A DNA stretch of 52,296 bases from a virus (Duplodnaviria > Caudoviricetes): positions 1 through 52,296 of the IMG/VR virus record IMGVR_UViG_3300012890_000077; one strand, 5' to 3'. The notes below the pieces were generated by a model. That model was not told the origin of the DNA. It saw only the letters and a list, made by a program, of their open reading frames with translations, and made no database searches. Positions within the stretch are counted from its first letter, which is position 1; every line of letters starts with the position of its first letter. A program made the translations under genes and the position numbers. Shown here piece after piece: positions 1 to 9,774 of the stretch.

Positions 1-186
1 CGCGTCGAAGCCGTAGCCGCGACGGTCCTGGACGGGAACGCCCAGGTCGGACAGGGTACAGGCGACCAGGCCCGCGCAATCGACGCCCAGGCCCTTCAGG
101 CGGGCATCGTGCTTGTACGGGGTCCCGATGTATTCGCGCGCCTTCGCGACGATGGCTTCAGGCGCAAGGGGCGGCCACTCGATCAT
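1..186 (-). CDS. NlpC/P60 tail-tip peptidase (runs off the left edge of the window)
   Basis: Translated by hand: MIEWPPLAPEAIVAKAREYIGTPYKHDARLKGLGVDCAGLV, with the GTPY and GVDC motifs; follows the DUF2163 gene as in GTA-like tail modules. Confidence 0.9.
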   Translation of the reverse strand, partial: MIEWPPLAPEAIVAKAREYIGTPYKHDARLKGLGVDCAGLVACTLSDLGVPVQDRRGYGFDA

Positions 187-200
187 GCCGCCCTTTACGG

Positions 201-1076
201 TCAGCGGCCGATCTGGGAAGTCTTGTCGTTGGTCGGGATTTCCTGTTCACCGTGGAAGTTGTTCGCGTTCCCGAACTTCACGTCGCACGTCGCGAACGTC
301 TTGTCGCAACCCGCCACGAAGACGGCTTGGTCGCCCGCCGCGACCGGGAACGGGAAGGCCGTCCGAAGGGCGATCGCGCCGCCCGCGCCGTGGGTCTTCA
401 CGTCCCGGCGAAGCCCCGCGTTCGCGCCGGTCAGGAACTGGACCGTCCCGCGCGTGTAGTGGCCGCTCGGCGCCGACCCATTGACCACGAAGGACGTGGG
501 GCCTGAAACGCTCGACACGCTGGCCGTGGCGCGGATCGGGACGCCCTGGAGGGTGTTCCCCGTCAGGACGACCTTACACTGAAGATCGCCCAGGCATCGA
601 CAGCGGCACGTCGGGGAAAGGGTGTCCCCGATAACCTGCTTCAATCGGTCGGAAAGGCTCTTTACCGTCACGCTGAAACGGCCGTCCACGACCTCGACGC
701 CGCCCAGGTAGCCGACAAGAAGAAGGGCGTGGGACGCCACGTTCGGATTGGCCTTCGCGTAGGCCCGATTGACCAGCCGCACTTCGATCCGCGCGCCGTC
801 GTAGCGCCCCGCGTCCAGGTCGTCCTCCGTGATCCGGTCGGACGTGATCAGGCCCGAAACGTCCATGTTGTCCACGCCGGTACCCGTCTTCGACTGGATG
901 GCCGTCGTCCCGATGCCTTCCGCCGCGTGGTAGGTCTGACCCAGGTACGACAGGTCCGCGTCCCGATCCGTGAAGCCCATCGTCACGCCGTCCGTCCGCG
1001 TGATCAGGACCAGGGTCGCCAGGGTCAGCGCGCCGCCCTGGATATGGTCGGCCAGGGGCGCGGGAACGGATCGCAT
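201..1076 (-). CDS. DUF2163/BR0599-type baseplate hub protein
   Basis: ITRTDG..GFTD N-terminus, CRC..GD..C and GCDKTFATC..KFGN..NF.G Cys motifs. Confidence 0.92.
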   Translation of the reverse strand: MRSVPAPLADHIQGGALTLATLVLITRTDGVTMGFTDRDADLSYLGQTYHAAEGIGTTAIQSKTGTGVDNMDVSGLITSDRITEDDLDAGRYDGARIEVRLVNRAYAKANPNVASHALLLVGYLGGVEVVDGRFSVTVKSLSDRLKQVIGDTLSPTCRCRCLGDLQCKVVLTGNTLQGVPIRATASVSSVSGPTSFVVNGSAPSGHYTRGTVQFLTGANAGLRRDVKTHGAGGAIALRTAFPFPVAAGDQAVFVAGCDKTFATCDVKFGNANNFHGEQEIPTNDKTSQIGR

Positions 1077-1163
1077 GGGACCCCGTACGACGAACGGGGC
1101 CGCCTCCCGAAAGAGAACGACCCCGCCGCCGGATGGAACACGCGATGGAACGCAGGGTCGCCC

Positions 1164-1559
1164 CTACTCGACCTGGAGTCGCTTCCAAACGCCGCCAGCG
1201 TTCCGAAGGGTGACTTTCCAGGTCCGTGTCAGGTTGCCCTTTTTGCCCTTCAGGGCGACCTGATAAAGATGGGGGTCTTTCTCGTCCTGGACGATCTTCG
1301 CCCCTGAAGACGACTCGGGAAGGCTCCAGGCGGCCAGGTCGTCCGTCTTGGACGCCGCGATCCTCTCCTGGACGTAGCGCCGCGCCATCATGTAGGCCGC
1401 CGACGCCTCCCCGGTGTATTCGGGGCTTGACGATTCCACGGCCTGGGCGCCCGTTTGCGGGGCCTTTGTGGCCTGGGCCGTCTCTTTGTCCAGCGGGGCG
1501 CAACCGAAGGCCAGAAGGGCCAGGAGGGCGAAGGGGGCGCGGTGCATCGTCAGACCCAT
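1164..1559 (-). CDS. Putative lipoprotein inserted in the tail-tip module
   Basis: Signal peptide with lipobox LLAFGC; start at 1559 or 1547. Confidence 0.65.
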   Translation of the reverse strand: MGLTMHRAPFALLALLAFGCAPLDKETAQATKAPQTGAQAVESSSPEYTGEASAAYMMARRYVQERIAASKTDDLAAWSLPESSSGAKIVQDEKDPHLYQVALKGKKGNLTRTWKVTLRNAGGVWKRLQVE

Positions 1560-1594
1560 TATGGCGCCGCCCCATCCCGCCCGTGGGTCGTTCG

Positions 1595-2437
1595 TCACGG
1601 CTTCAGGCCCACGATAGCGATGGACGGCCAGGCGCCGCTCTCGATCATCGCCATGTTCAGGGCCATTTCGTCCACGTCGAAGCGCGCCGGTATGTCGAAC
1701 TCGAAGGCGCATCGGACCACGGTCCCCGAAGGCGGCGCCGTGGCGAACGTCAGAAGGCCGGTGGACGCGTCCAGGGTCCAGCCGCTCGTCTGTTCGGTCG
1801 TCCCGAAGTAGACCTTCACTGTGCCGACGACGGGCTTCGTGATCGGACGAACGTAGGTCCGGGGGCCTGAAACGTAGCTCTTGACGAGTTGGAAGACCTT
1901 CCTGGCGCCGTCGCCCGCGCCGACCGCCGACGCCTTCGCGGGGTTCGGGACCAGGACGCCGCCGGTCGCCCGGTCGTAGCCCACGAAGTAGTCCGTCCAG
2001 TCCTTGAACCGGAACCCGTACCCCCGGCCCATGCGGGCGTAGAAAAAGGCCAGGAGGGCGTCCAGCCGGTCCTGGCTCCAGACCCGAAGGGTGACGGACC
2101 ACTTCGACAGGGATTCGTCCCACTCGATATGCCGCTGTTCGCGCCCGCCGGGGGTCGGAAGGATCGTCGTCTTGAAGCTCGGGCCGCCCGTGACGCCCCT
2201 GGAAATGTCGGTCGGGAAGCGCACGTCGTCAAAGCCCAGGTAGTCCGACGCGCCGCCGGTCGATCCCGCCCCTCCGGTGCCTCCCGTTCCGCCCGTGCCG
2301 TCCGTTGGCGTCGTGGGGCCGGTCGGGGTCGTCACGCCCGTCCCGGTAGTGGTCCCCGTGGTGGTACCGGTGGTCGTCCCGGTGTTCGTTACGGGGGTCC
2401 CGGTCGTGGGTTGCTCCGAAGTCGAAGTGGTGGGCAT
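1595..2437 (-). CDS. DUF2460 distal tail protein with Thr/Gly-rich N-terminal extension
   Basis: FDDVRFP..IS.G..GGP.F.T, FF.AR.G...GFRFKDWTD and FEFD.P.RFD motifs. Confidence 0.92.
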   Translation of the reverse strand: MPTTSTSEQPTTGTPVTNTGTTTGTTTGTTTGTGVTTPTGPTTPTDGTGGTGGTGGAGSTGGASDYLGFDDVRFPTDISRGVTGGPSFKTTILPTPGGREQRHIEWDESLSKWSVTLRVWSQDRLDALLAFFYARMGRGYGFRFKDWTDYFVGYDRATGGVLVPNPAKASAVGAGDGARKVFQLVKSYVSGPRTYVRPITKPVVGTVKVYFGTTEQTSGWTLDASTGLLTFATAPPSGTVVRCAFEFDIPARFDVDEMALNMAMIESGAWPSIAIVGLKP

Positions 2438-2476
2438 CCCATCGCTTACGGTCGCGATGGGACGCCCTTTCCGGGC

Positions 2477-5400
2477 CTACCCGGTCGCCTGGGCCGCCGC
2501 CGACCCGGCCCGCCAGAGCATGGCGTTGATCTGGCTTTCGGACTGGAGGAAGCTCCCGGCGTCCCGGACGCCGGAAACGTGAAGGTTGATCGTGGTTCCG
2601 CCCATCCCCTTCGTCGCCGCGTTCGTCCGAATGCTCCCGCCGCCGTTCGGGACGAACAGTTCCGGCCCGTTCTCCCCGACCACGTACGGCTGGCCGCCGT
2701 TCACCGGGCCGCCGACCGCCCGGCCCAGGAGGCCCTTCGCGCCGCCGGTGCCGCTGAAGATCGCCGTCAGGCCTCGACTGACCAGGCCCGCGACCTGGGA
2801 TTTGATCCATTCCTGGGCGATCTGGGCGACCATGCTTCGGAATCCGCCGACCACGTTCCCGAAGAAGTTGGAAAAGCCGTCCTTCCATAGCCGGTCGAAC
2901 ATATCCATGAAGCCCTCCTGGAGCGAGTCCTTCAGCTTCGCGATCTGCTCGAACTTCACCCTTTGGTCGTCCAGGTTCTTCTGGGCGTCCAGGAAGTCCT
3001 TCGCGCGCTGGGCGCCCGTGTCGCCGCCGCCGTACTTCTTCGTCAGGCGGGCCATCGCGTCGGCCATCCCCTCGGCCTTGGGCTTGAACTCCTCCAGCCG
3101 CTTCGCAAGCTCGGCCATGTCGTCCTTCCAGGCCTTCAGGGGCTTCGACGCCTGATCGTCCAGCCATGCGAAGGTCTTTTCCATCGCCTCCATCGAGTCG
3201 TCCCAGGACTTCTGGGCCTTTTCGTGAAGGTCGGCTTCGTTCTTCAGTTGGTCCAGGTACGTCGCGTGGGCCATGATCGCCTGTTTCAGCCACGCCGGGA
3301 CGTTCTTGTACTCTTCCTTCGACAGTTCCAGGGACGCCTGTTTCACGCGCGTCGTCTGGCCCCAAAGGTCGATTTCCTGCATAAGCTGGGCGTTCAGGGA
3401 CTTCGCGTTCTGGACCGCCGTCTGGGTGGCCTCGGAGGCCAGAAGATCGGCCTTCGCCTTGACGGTCGCCTCGATGGCCGCGCGGTTCTTCGGGTCGGTC
3501 AGTTGCGCGAACGTCTTCCCGAACTCCTGGAACGCCAGGGCGTCCTTCGGGTCGGTCAGGGTCGTCGCCCGGAGTTGCTTCTGAAGGTCGGCCAGGGAGT
3601 CCTTCAGGCGGCGCTGGGACTCCAGGCTCTTGTCCATCGCCTCCTTGTCCCGCGTCAGGCCTAGGGCCTTCTGGGCGTAGGCCGCCGCGCCCTTCAGGAC
3701 CTCGCCGTGGGACAGCTTGTCCTGGAGGGTGGCCGACGCCGTGGCGTCCCCCTTCAGACGAAGGTCCCGGCGAAGGCCCTGGATCATGGTCTGGTACTCC
3801 TTGATCTGGGCGTTAAGGTCCTTCTGTTCCTGGGTTTCCTTCGGCTTGCTCGACTTGCCGCCCTTGTCCCCGCCGCCCATGTTGATCCCCTCCAGGCCCG
3901 CCCTCGGGTTCGGGTCCTTCGGGAAGCCCACGTCGATGGACTTACCGCCCAGTTTGCCCTTGATCGGGTTGAGGTTCGGGAAGCCCTTCACGGACTTGCT
4001 GATCGCGCCCTGGGCGTTCCCGGCGGCATCGCCCACCATGTCCCAGCCCTTCGCGTAGCCCTCCAGGCCCTTCTGGGCTCCGTCAAGCCCCGTAAACTGC
4101 TGGCCGAACACGCCCGCGACGGTATCCGCGAACTTGTCCACGTAGTTCAGGACCGCCGCCAGCGTTCGGACGGTGGTCGCCGCGATCGTGGCGAACACGC
4201 GGACGCACGTCAGCTTCAGCATGGTCCACGCGTCGGCCCATCGGCCGTTGATCGCCAGCATGACGGTGGAAATGATCCCGCCGACCAGCCGGAGGGCCGT
4301 CTGGACGATCCCCGAAATGACCTGCCAGGCGATATTGACCACGGACACGATCACGTCCCAGACCCGCTTCAGGTGCGGCGCCAGGGTCGCCCAGGCGTTC
4401 TTCACCCACGTCAGGACCGTCGCCGTCGTCCGCTGGATAAGCGGAAGGTTGTCCTGCCACCAGCCCACGATCTCCTGGACGACCTTCCCCACGAAGTCGC
4501 GGATTCCCAGGAAGTTCGTCTTCCACGCCGCGTAGATCAGGGCCGCCGCCGCGATCACCCAGCCCACGGGGCCGGAAAGGGCCGTCAGGACGCCGGACAG
4601 GCCGCCGACCGCGCCGGAAACCATCTCGAAGGCCGCCGCGACCTTCCCCCAGGCCATGATCCCGGCCGCCAGCCCCGCGACCGCGCCGACGACGCCGACC
4701 ACACCCGCGACGATGGCCGCCAGGGTCTTCGCCGCGCCCTTGAACTCGGGCTTCTCGAAGACGCCGATCAGGCCTTTGACACCTTCCTTCACCTTGTCGA
4801 ATACGGGGGCGCCGACCTCCCGAAGGGTCGCCGCGAAGTCGTCCTTCAGCGTCGATACCAGGCCCTCCAGCGTCTTGGACTGTTCGTCCATCATGCCGTT
4901 AAACCGCTGGCTGGCCTTCGTGAAGATATCCCAGACGTCGGCCGCCTTCCCGCCCTTCTTCGCCAGGTCTTCCATCTGGTTCCGGGTCTGGCCGCTGATC
5001 AGGCCCAGTTCCTGGAGGCGCTGGGTGGCCTCCCCGAAGGGCTTCCCGGCCTGGAGGTTGGAGTACAGGCGACCGACCCAGGTGGCGACCTCCTGGTATC
5101 CCGCGCCGGAGGCCGACGCCATGTCGCCCACCATCTTCAGGGTCTGGCCGGTCGCCAGCGCGGTCCCGCCCATAACCTGGAGTTGCTTGGAGGCGGAAAC
5201 GACCTCGGGTAGCTCGAAGGGGGTGACGGCCGCGAACTTCGCGAGTTCCGCCATACGCCCCTTGGCTTCGGTCACGGTGCCAAGAAGGACCTTGAACTGG
5301 GTCGTGTAGCCCTCCATTTCGGAGTTCCCCGACACCATCCCCTTCAGGAGCGACTTTACGCCGTCGATGGCCCCCTGGACGCTGAAGTTCCCGATCGCCT

Positions 5401-5545
5401 GGCCGAAGCCGGACGCCAGGGACTGGGCGAGTTCGCGCCCCGCTTCCGATCCGCCCTTCTTCGCGATGCCCTTGGCCTCGGACAGCTTGGCGTTTAGCTC
5501 GTCCAGGCGGGCGGTAACAATGATTTCGAGTTCCGCGACCGTCAC
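2477..5545 (-). CDS. Tape measure protein
   Basis: 1022 aa helical Ala/Gly-rich protein, TPFELPEV tape-measure domain, Trp-periodic repeats, C-terminal GG.V..GQPYVVGENGPELFVP. Confidence 0.95.
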   Translation of the reverse strand: MTVAELEIIVTARLDELNAKLSEAKGIAKKGGSEAGRELAQSLASGFGQAIGNFSVQGAIDGVKSLLKGMVSGNSEMEGYTTQFKVLLGTVTEAKGRMAELAKFAAVTPFELPEVVSASKQLQVMGGTALATGQTLKMVGDMASASGAGYQEVATWVGRLYSNLQAGKPFGEATQRLQELGLISGQTRNQMEDLAKKGGKAADVWDIFTKASQRFNGMMDEQSKTLEGLVSTLKDDFAATLREVGAPVFDKVKEGVKGLIGVFEKPEFKGAAKTLAAIVAGVVGVVGAVAGLAAGIMAWGKVAAAFEMVSGAVGGLSGVLTALSGPVGWVIAAAALIYAAWKTNFLGIRDFVGKVVQEIVGWWQDNLPLIQRTTATVLTWVKNAWATLAPHLKRVWDVIVSVVNIAWQVISGIVQTALRLVGGIISTVMLAINGRWADAWTMLKLTCVRVFATIAATTVRTLAAVLNYVDKFADTVAGVFGQQFTGLDGAQKGLEGYAKGWDMVGDAAGNAQGAISKSVKGFPNLNPIKGKLGGKSIDVGFPKDPNPRAGLEGINMGGGDKGGKSSKPKETQEQKDLNAQIKEYQTMIQGLRRDLRLKGDATASATLQDKLSHGEVLKGAAAYAQKALGLTRDKEAMDKSLESQRRLKDSLADLQKQLRATTLTDPKDALAFQEFGKTFAQLTDPKNRAAIEATVKAKADLLASEATQTAVQNAKSLNAQLMQEIDLWGQTTRVKQASLELSKEEYKNVPAWLKQAIMAHATYLDQLKNEADLHEKAQKSWDDSMEAMEKTFAWLDDQASKPLKAWKDDMAELAKRLEEFKPKAEGMADAMARLTKKYGGGDTGAQRAKDFLDAQKNLDDQRVKFEQIAKLKDSLQEGFMDMFDRLWKDGFSNFFGNVVGGFRSMVAQIAQEWIKSQVAGLVSRGLTAIFSGTGGAKGLLGRAVGGPVNGGQPYVVGENGPELFVPNGGGSIRTNAATKGMGGTTINLHVSGVRDAGSFLQSESQINAMLWRAGSAAAQATG

Positions 5546-5587
5546 CGGCCCCCATACGGGAGGGCCTGAAAGGGCGAAGACCCCGGT

Positions 5588-5863
5588 CTACCAGGGGTCT
5601 TCCTCCTCGTCGGGGTTCAGGTCCTTCAGGCTTTCGGCCTGGGTCCCGTACTCCCTACGCCGGGCCTTCGCGTCGTGCCGGGCGTTCATCGAGTCCAGCC
5701 CGATCCAGAACCACTTTTCGGGGGCGTTCTCCAGTTCCCACGGGGCGACCCCCAGGTACCGCGCGACCTGGACCAGCGTATCGTCGGGGTCGGGTTCGCC
5801 GTCGAACTTGTCCCCGAACGCCAGCCAGGAGACTAGATTGCGGTACCGCTCGGCTCTTTTGGG
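5588..5863 (-). CDS. Tail assembly chaperone -1 frameshift extension (gpGT-like)
   Basis: Open frame PKRAERYRNLVSWLAF...EEEDPW* has no start codon of its own near its 5' end; entered through slippery C CCA AAA at 5863-5857. Confidence 0.8.
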   Translation of the reverse strand, partial: PKRAERYRNLVSWLAFGDKFDGEPDPDDTLVQVARYLGVAPWELENAPEKWFWIGLDSMNARHDAKARRREYGTQAESLKDLNPDEEEDPW

Positions 5864-6234
5864 CGGGCCGCTTCCGTCAGGGCCTGAAGGATCATCGCCA
5901 GGGCCTTCGCGCTCACGTCCTCCAGGGTCGGGGGATAGTCCGGGTCCTGGCCTTCGGGGGTCGCCGCGTCGATGGCCGCCTTCGCGTTCGCCGGGAGGGT
6001 CGGCACGATCAGGACCGTCTTCCCGTTCTTCGTCAGGTTCCAGTCAACGTCCAGCGCCTTCAGCATGAGGTACGACGCGTCCAGGTCGTCCGACTTGCCG
6101 TCCAGGGCCATGATCTGGCGCTGAATCTTCATCGTGACGGCTTCCGGGTTGCACGAAGCGACCAGGCCCGCGCCGCCCTTGGGGTTCGGGATCTCGATTG
6201 CTACGCGATCCGACAAAAGGTCGTCAATTTCCAT
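5833..6234 (-). CDS. Tail assembly chaperone (gpG-like)
   Basis: Lies between tail tube and tape measure; XXXYYYZ slippery site near its 3' end. Confidence 0.8.
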   Translation of the reverse strand: MEIDDLLSDRVAIEIPNPKGGAGLVASCNPEAVTMKIQRQIMALDGKSDDLDASYLMLKALDVDWNLTKNGKTVLIVPTLPANAKAAIDAATPEGQDPDYPPTLEDVSAKALAMILQALTEAARPKEPSGTAI

Positions 6235-6248
6235 CCTGGTCCCATACG

Positions 6249-6281
6249 AAAAGGGCCGGAAACCCCGAAGGGTCCCGGCCC
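6249..6281 (-). terminator. Intrinsic terminator after tail tube gene
   Basis: GGGCCGG stem with CTTCGG loop and TTTT tract, immediately followed by a CGTA motif. Confidence 0.75.
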
Positions 6282-6304
6282 GATGCCTGGACGACGCGCC
6301 CGCC

Positions 6305-8125
6305 TTAGTAGGGCGGGACGTCGTTGATCAGGACGATGCGAAGCGCGCGGCCCCAGGCCGAATCCTGGCGGGCCTTCAGCTCGAACTCCCGCGCCCGGAT
6401 CACGCCGTCCTCGGAGTAGTTGCCCAGGACGCGGACCTTCGCGGCCATGTCGATCTGGCAGGTGTAGCTGTAGCCGGTCGCCCCGATCGGAAGGCCGACG
6501 TTCTCCAGTCGGACGTACTTCGCCGCGCGGTTGCGAAGGTCGGCCGTTAGCTGGCTGGCGTTCTTGTCGGCCTGGACCACGAACTTCGCGCCCACGTTCA
6601 TCACGTCCTCGATCGCCACGCCCCAACCCTTGCCCTGGGCCGGGTCCATAAAGGCCTCTCCCTGGAAGCGGTTCCCGATGGTCAGGTCACAGCCCCGAAG
6701 GCGCGTGAACTTCGTGGCCGTCGTGCCCAGGTCGGCAAGGTTGGACGTGTAGTACATCGCCCAGTTGCCCGGCTCCATCGCGATCCCCGCGTACTGGGCC
6801 AGCCCGCCCACCGTGGTGTGGGTCACGGTCGGGGTCCCGCCGGTCGCCGCCACGACCTCGACCAGCGCCAGCGTCTGGCCCGCCAGGGCGCCCGCTCCCG
6901 TCAGCACGAAGGGGCCGGTCCCGGAAACCGTCATGTTGCCCGCGCCCACCGTGGACAGGCCCTGGAGGGCCGTCTGGAGGGTCCCCGCATTCGGGGTCGC
7001 CACGCTGGCCGTCTGGGCGCCCTTGTACCGAAGCGTCACGGCCGTCGCGCCGTTCAAGGCCAGGGACTGAACGTCGGCCACGTTCGGCTGGCTGATCGGG
7101 CTGGAGTCGTCGATGGCCTGGGCCATGAACTTGCCGGACATTCCGTGTTCCTTCTTCTTCGTGGAAAGCTGGAACTCCGTGGCGATCATGTAGGCGACCC
7201 GCTCCGCGATGCTCGTATCCCCGACCTCGCCGGAAAGGGTCTGGACGTTGGCGCGCGAACGGGCCTCCAGGTTGAACTCCCACCGGTAGACGCCCGCCGC
7301 AAGCTGGGCGACGACGGCCTTCCCGATCAGGGATTCCAGGATCGGAATGGGTTCATCGAAGGTCGGGTACCCGTCGAAGGACACTTCCGACGCCTCGTAG
7401 GTCAGAACCTCGTCGCCCTCCAGGATGGACCCGTAATCGGGAACCTCCTCCGTCTCGATCTGGGGCTGGGGCTCGAACTTCCACGACCGAACGCGGAAGG
7501 TGGCCGGAACGCGGGTTCCGGGAATCGACTCTCGACCCAGGAGATACTGGGTTAGCTTTGCTGGCCGGTCGGCCTGGGTGGTTCCTGGCATGGTCGTGTA
7601 AAAGGCCGTCACGACGACGGATTCCACCGTGCGGTAGCCGCCGGTGTCCTCGTCGCTCAGACCGATGGGCCTCCTTACGCGAACCCGCAGGTTCGTCCCG
7701 TTCACTTCCCCGGCCGCCCAGGACTGGCCCCAAAGGTCGAACTGGCCGCCCACGGTGTAGGTCGTGAACCCTAGCTGGTTCGGCAGGTTCAGGGTCCGCT
7801 GGACGTTCGGCGCCCACGTCGCGCCGTCCTTGGAAACCTCGATGGTCAGGGTCCGGGGCTTCGGGTTCCCGTTCGCGTCCACGACGACGGGCGCCGCCGT
7901 GTTGGAATACTGGCCGACCGCCGTCAGTTCGACCCGGATTCCCGTAATCAGAGCGTTCGCCGGGATCGCGCCCAGCGGGAAGGCGAAGACGAGGTACCCG
8001 CCGTCTCCCGAAACGGCGTTCACCGCGTAGGCGCTGGCGTCGGCGCCCAGGGCGTTGATCGGGTTCTGCCAGTTCGCCCCGCCCGCCTGGGTCACGGCGT
8101 TCGGATTCTTGATTTCGTAAGGCAT
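6305..8125 (-). CDS. Major tail (tube) protein with accessory domains
   Basis: Position between gp10-like gene and chaperone; beta-rich; extra N-terminal and internal domains. Confidence 0.7.
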   Translation of the reverse strand: MPYEIKNPNAVTQAGGANWQNPINALGADASAYAVNAVSGDGGYLVFAFPLGAIPANALITGIRVELTAVGQYSNTAAPVVVDANGNPKPRTLTIEVSKDGATWAPNVQRTLNLPNQLGFTTYTVGGQFDLWGQSWAAGEVNGTNLRVRVRRPIGLSDEDTGGYRTVESVVVTAFYTTMPGTTQADRPAKLTQYLLGRESIPGTRVPATFRVRSWKFEPQPQIETEEVPDYGSILEGDEVLTYEASEVSFDGYPTFDEPIPILESLIGKAVVAQLAAGVYRWEFNLEARSRANVQTLSGEVGDTSIAERVAYMIATEFQLSTKKKEHGMSGKFMAQAIDDSSPISQPNVADVQSLALNGATAVTLRYKGAQTASVATPNAGTLQTALQGLSTVGAGNMTVSGTGPFVLTGAGALAGQTLALVEVVAATGGTPTVTHTTVGGLAQYAGIAMEPGNWAMYYTSNLADLGTTATKFTRLRGCDLTIGNRFQGEAFMDPAQGKGWGVAIEDVMNVGAKFVVQADKNASQLTADLRNRAAKYVRLENVGLPIGATGYSYTCQIDMAAKVRVLGNYSEDGVIRAREFELKARQDSAWGRALRIVLINDVPPY

Positions 8126-8127
8126 GA

Positions 8128-8607
8128 CTAAGGTCCCGCCTTACGGAGTTTTTCGGACACGTACTTCCCGATCAGGTCCTTCGCCTTCGCCTGGACGGTG
8201 TTCGCCGCCGGTTTCAGGAAGGGCCGCGCGGCCATATGGACCGTGCCCATTTCAAGGTAAATCCCGTAGTTCACGCAGACGCCGACCTTCGCCTGGTAGT
8301 CCGCCTCGATGGGCTTTCCGGGGGCCGCCGCCTGGAAAGGACCGTGGGGCCGCTTCGACTTCGCGCCGAGGCCGGACGCCAGCGCCATCGCCGCCGCCAG
8401 GGCCTCCGCCCTCGTGTCCAGACCGTGGGCCTGGACGAACACCGACCGCCGAAGCGCGCCGGTGTCCACCAGGTTTTCGTCCGTGATCTTCTCGATCGCC
8501 TCCTCCTGGATCGCGAACGCGTAGGCCTTCAGTCCCTCCCGGACGCCCTCCGCTATGGCCTCGTTGGCCGCGTTGAAGCGGTCCACGAAGTTGACGTGTT
8601 CGCTCAC
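8128..8607 (-). CDS. HK97 gp10-like tail component
   Basis: VDTGALRRS and YGIYLEMGT..M.ARPFL.PA motifs. Confidence 0.9.
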   Translation of the reverse strand: MSEHVNFVDRFNAANEAIAEGVREGLKAYAFAIQEEAIEKITDENLVDTGALRRSVFVQAHGLDTRAEALAAAMALASGLGAKSKRPHGPFQAAAPGKPIEADYQAKVGVCVNYGIYLEMGTVHMAARPFLKPAANTVQAKAKDLIGKYVSEKLRKAGP

Positions 8608-9020
8608 CCGTCCACCCGCGCGTCCACGTCGTAGGCCCCGCCCGCGAACTGCCAGGCCATGCCGTCCGGTCCCGGCGCCTGGTAGTAGATCGGCCCCGTC
8701 CGTTCGCAGATGTAGACCTTCCCGCCCGCGACGGGGGCCGCGCCGCGAAGGCCCTCCAGCGCGCCGTGGATCGCCCGCAGGTAGGTCGCCGCCTGGAGGG
8801 ACATGGCGTTCCCCGGAAGGGCCAGGACGACGTAGAACGTCAGCCTCGACATGAGGGTTTCCAGGGGTTGAACCTTGTCGTCCGCGCCGGGGCCGACGTG
8901 CCGGACGCTGATCCCGTGGGGGAGGTTCGCGCCGACGACGGGTTCGATGGACAGCCCCTTCAGGTCGGCCTGGCCCCGAAGGGCCGCCAGCATGACCTCC
9001 AGCGCCACGAAGACCTCCAT
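8604..9020 (-). CDS. Putative tail completion/terminator protein
   Basis: MEVFVALEVML start overlaps the upstream stop; synteny. Confidence 0.6.
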   Translation of the reverse strand: MEVFVALEVMLAALRGQADLKGLSIEPVVGANLPHGISVRHVGPGADDKVQPLETLMSRLTFYVVLALPGNAMSLQAATYLRAIHGALEGLRGAAPVAGGKVYICERTGPIYYQAPGPDGMAWQFAGGAYDVDARVDG

Positions 9021-9385
9021 TAAGGGGCCTCCGGGGCGTGGCCCATCGCCACGACCACGCGCCGCGTGGAACGCCCGTCGCTGGGGCTCTCCAGGAGGGC
9101 CACGACCTCGAAGGCCGGGGCGTCCCGCCCGATCCGGTCGCCCGCCTTCAGGTCCGGGCCGACCCAGGCGAAGACGAACGTGCGCCGGTTGCCCACCACC
9201 GCGTCCTGGGGGACCTCGGAGGCGTCCAGGCCGGTCAGGTTGCCCACCAGGGGCGCGTCCTTCGTCCACTCCGTCGTAGACCCCCAGGGGCCGGGGACGG
9301 GGGCCTGGGCGAACCGGAACCAGGCTTCCTTCGTGCGCCGGGACGCCGCCTGGACGGCCGCCACGGTCGCCGCGAGTAGCCGCAC
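9020..9385 (-). CDS. Putative head closure protein
   Basis: GTG start coupled to the upstream stop; DLKAGDRI...FEVV pattern; synteny. Confidence 0.6.
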   Translation of the reverse strand: MRLLAATVAAVQAASRRTKEAWFRFAQAPVPGPWGSTTEWTKDAPLVGNLTGLDASEVPQDAVVGNRRTFVFAWVGPDLKAGDRIGRDAPAFEVVALLESPSDGRSTRRVVVAMGHAPEAP

Positions 9386-9774
9386 TACCGGAACCCCCGC
9401 ATATCCGGGCCACGGGTCACGCCGGAACGGTAGCCGCCGCCGGTGGGCGTGGCCGTCGCGACGGACGTGGGCGCGCGAAGCTGGGCCGCCAGCGCCCGCC
9501 AGGTCGCGATCCGATCCGACCATTTGACCGTGACGCCCTGTTCGTCCTTGTACTCCGTGGGCTCCTGGGCGAACTGGATCGCCAGCGCGTCGGCCGCCTG
9601 GGCCACGCCCTCGGAGTATCCGAAAAGGTCGATCAGGGCCGTCAGTTCCTCGTCCTGGCTAAGCCAGACCTGGGCGCCGCTCTCGTCTTTAAGCTGGCCT
9701 TTGTCGCCTAGCTGGTAGCGCGCCCTGAAGAGGGGGCTCCCCTTCAGGCCGGTCGGGTCGTAGGTGTACGCCAA
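9385..9774 (-). CDS. Putative head-tail adaptor
   Basis: 129 aa; R..LGD...LSQDEEL pattern; synteny. Confidence 0.65.
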   Translation of the reverse strand: MAYTYDPTGLKGSPLFRARYQLGDKGQLKDESGAQVWLSQDEELTALIDLFGYSEGVAQAADALAIQFAQEPTEYKDEQGVTVKWSDRIATWRALAAQLRAPTSVATATPTGGGYRSGVTRGPDMRGFR

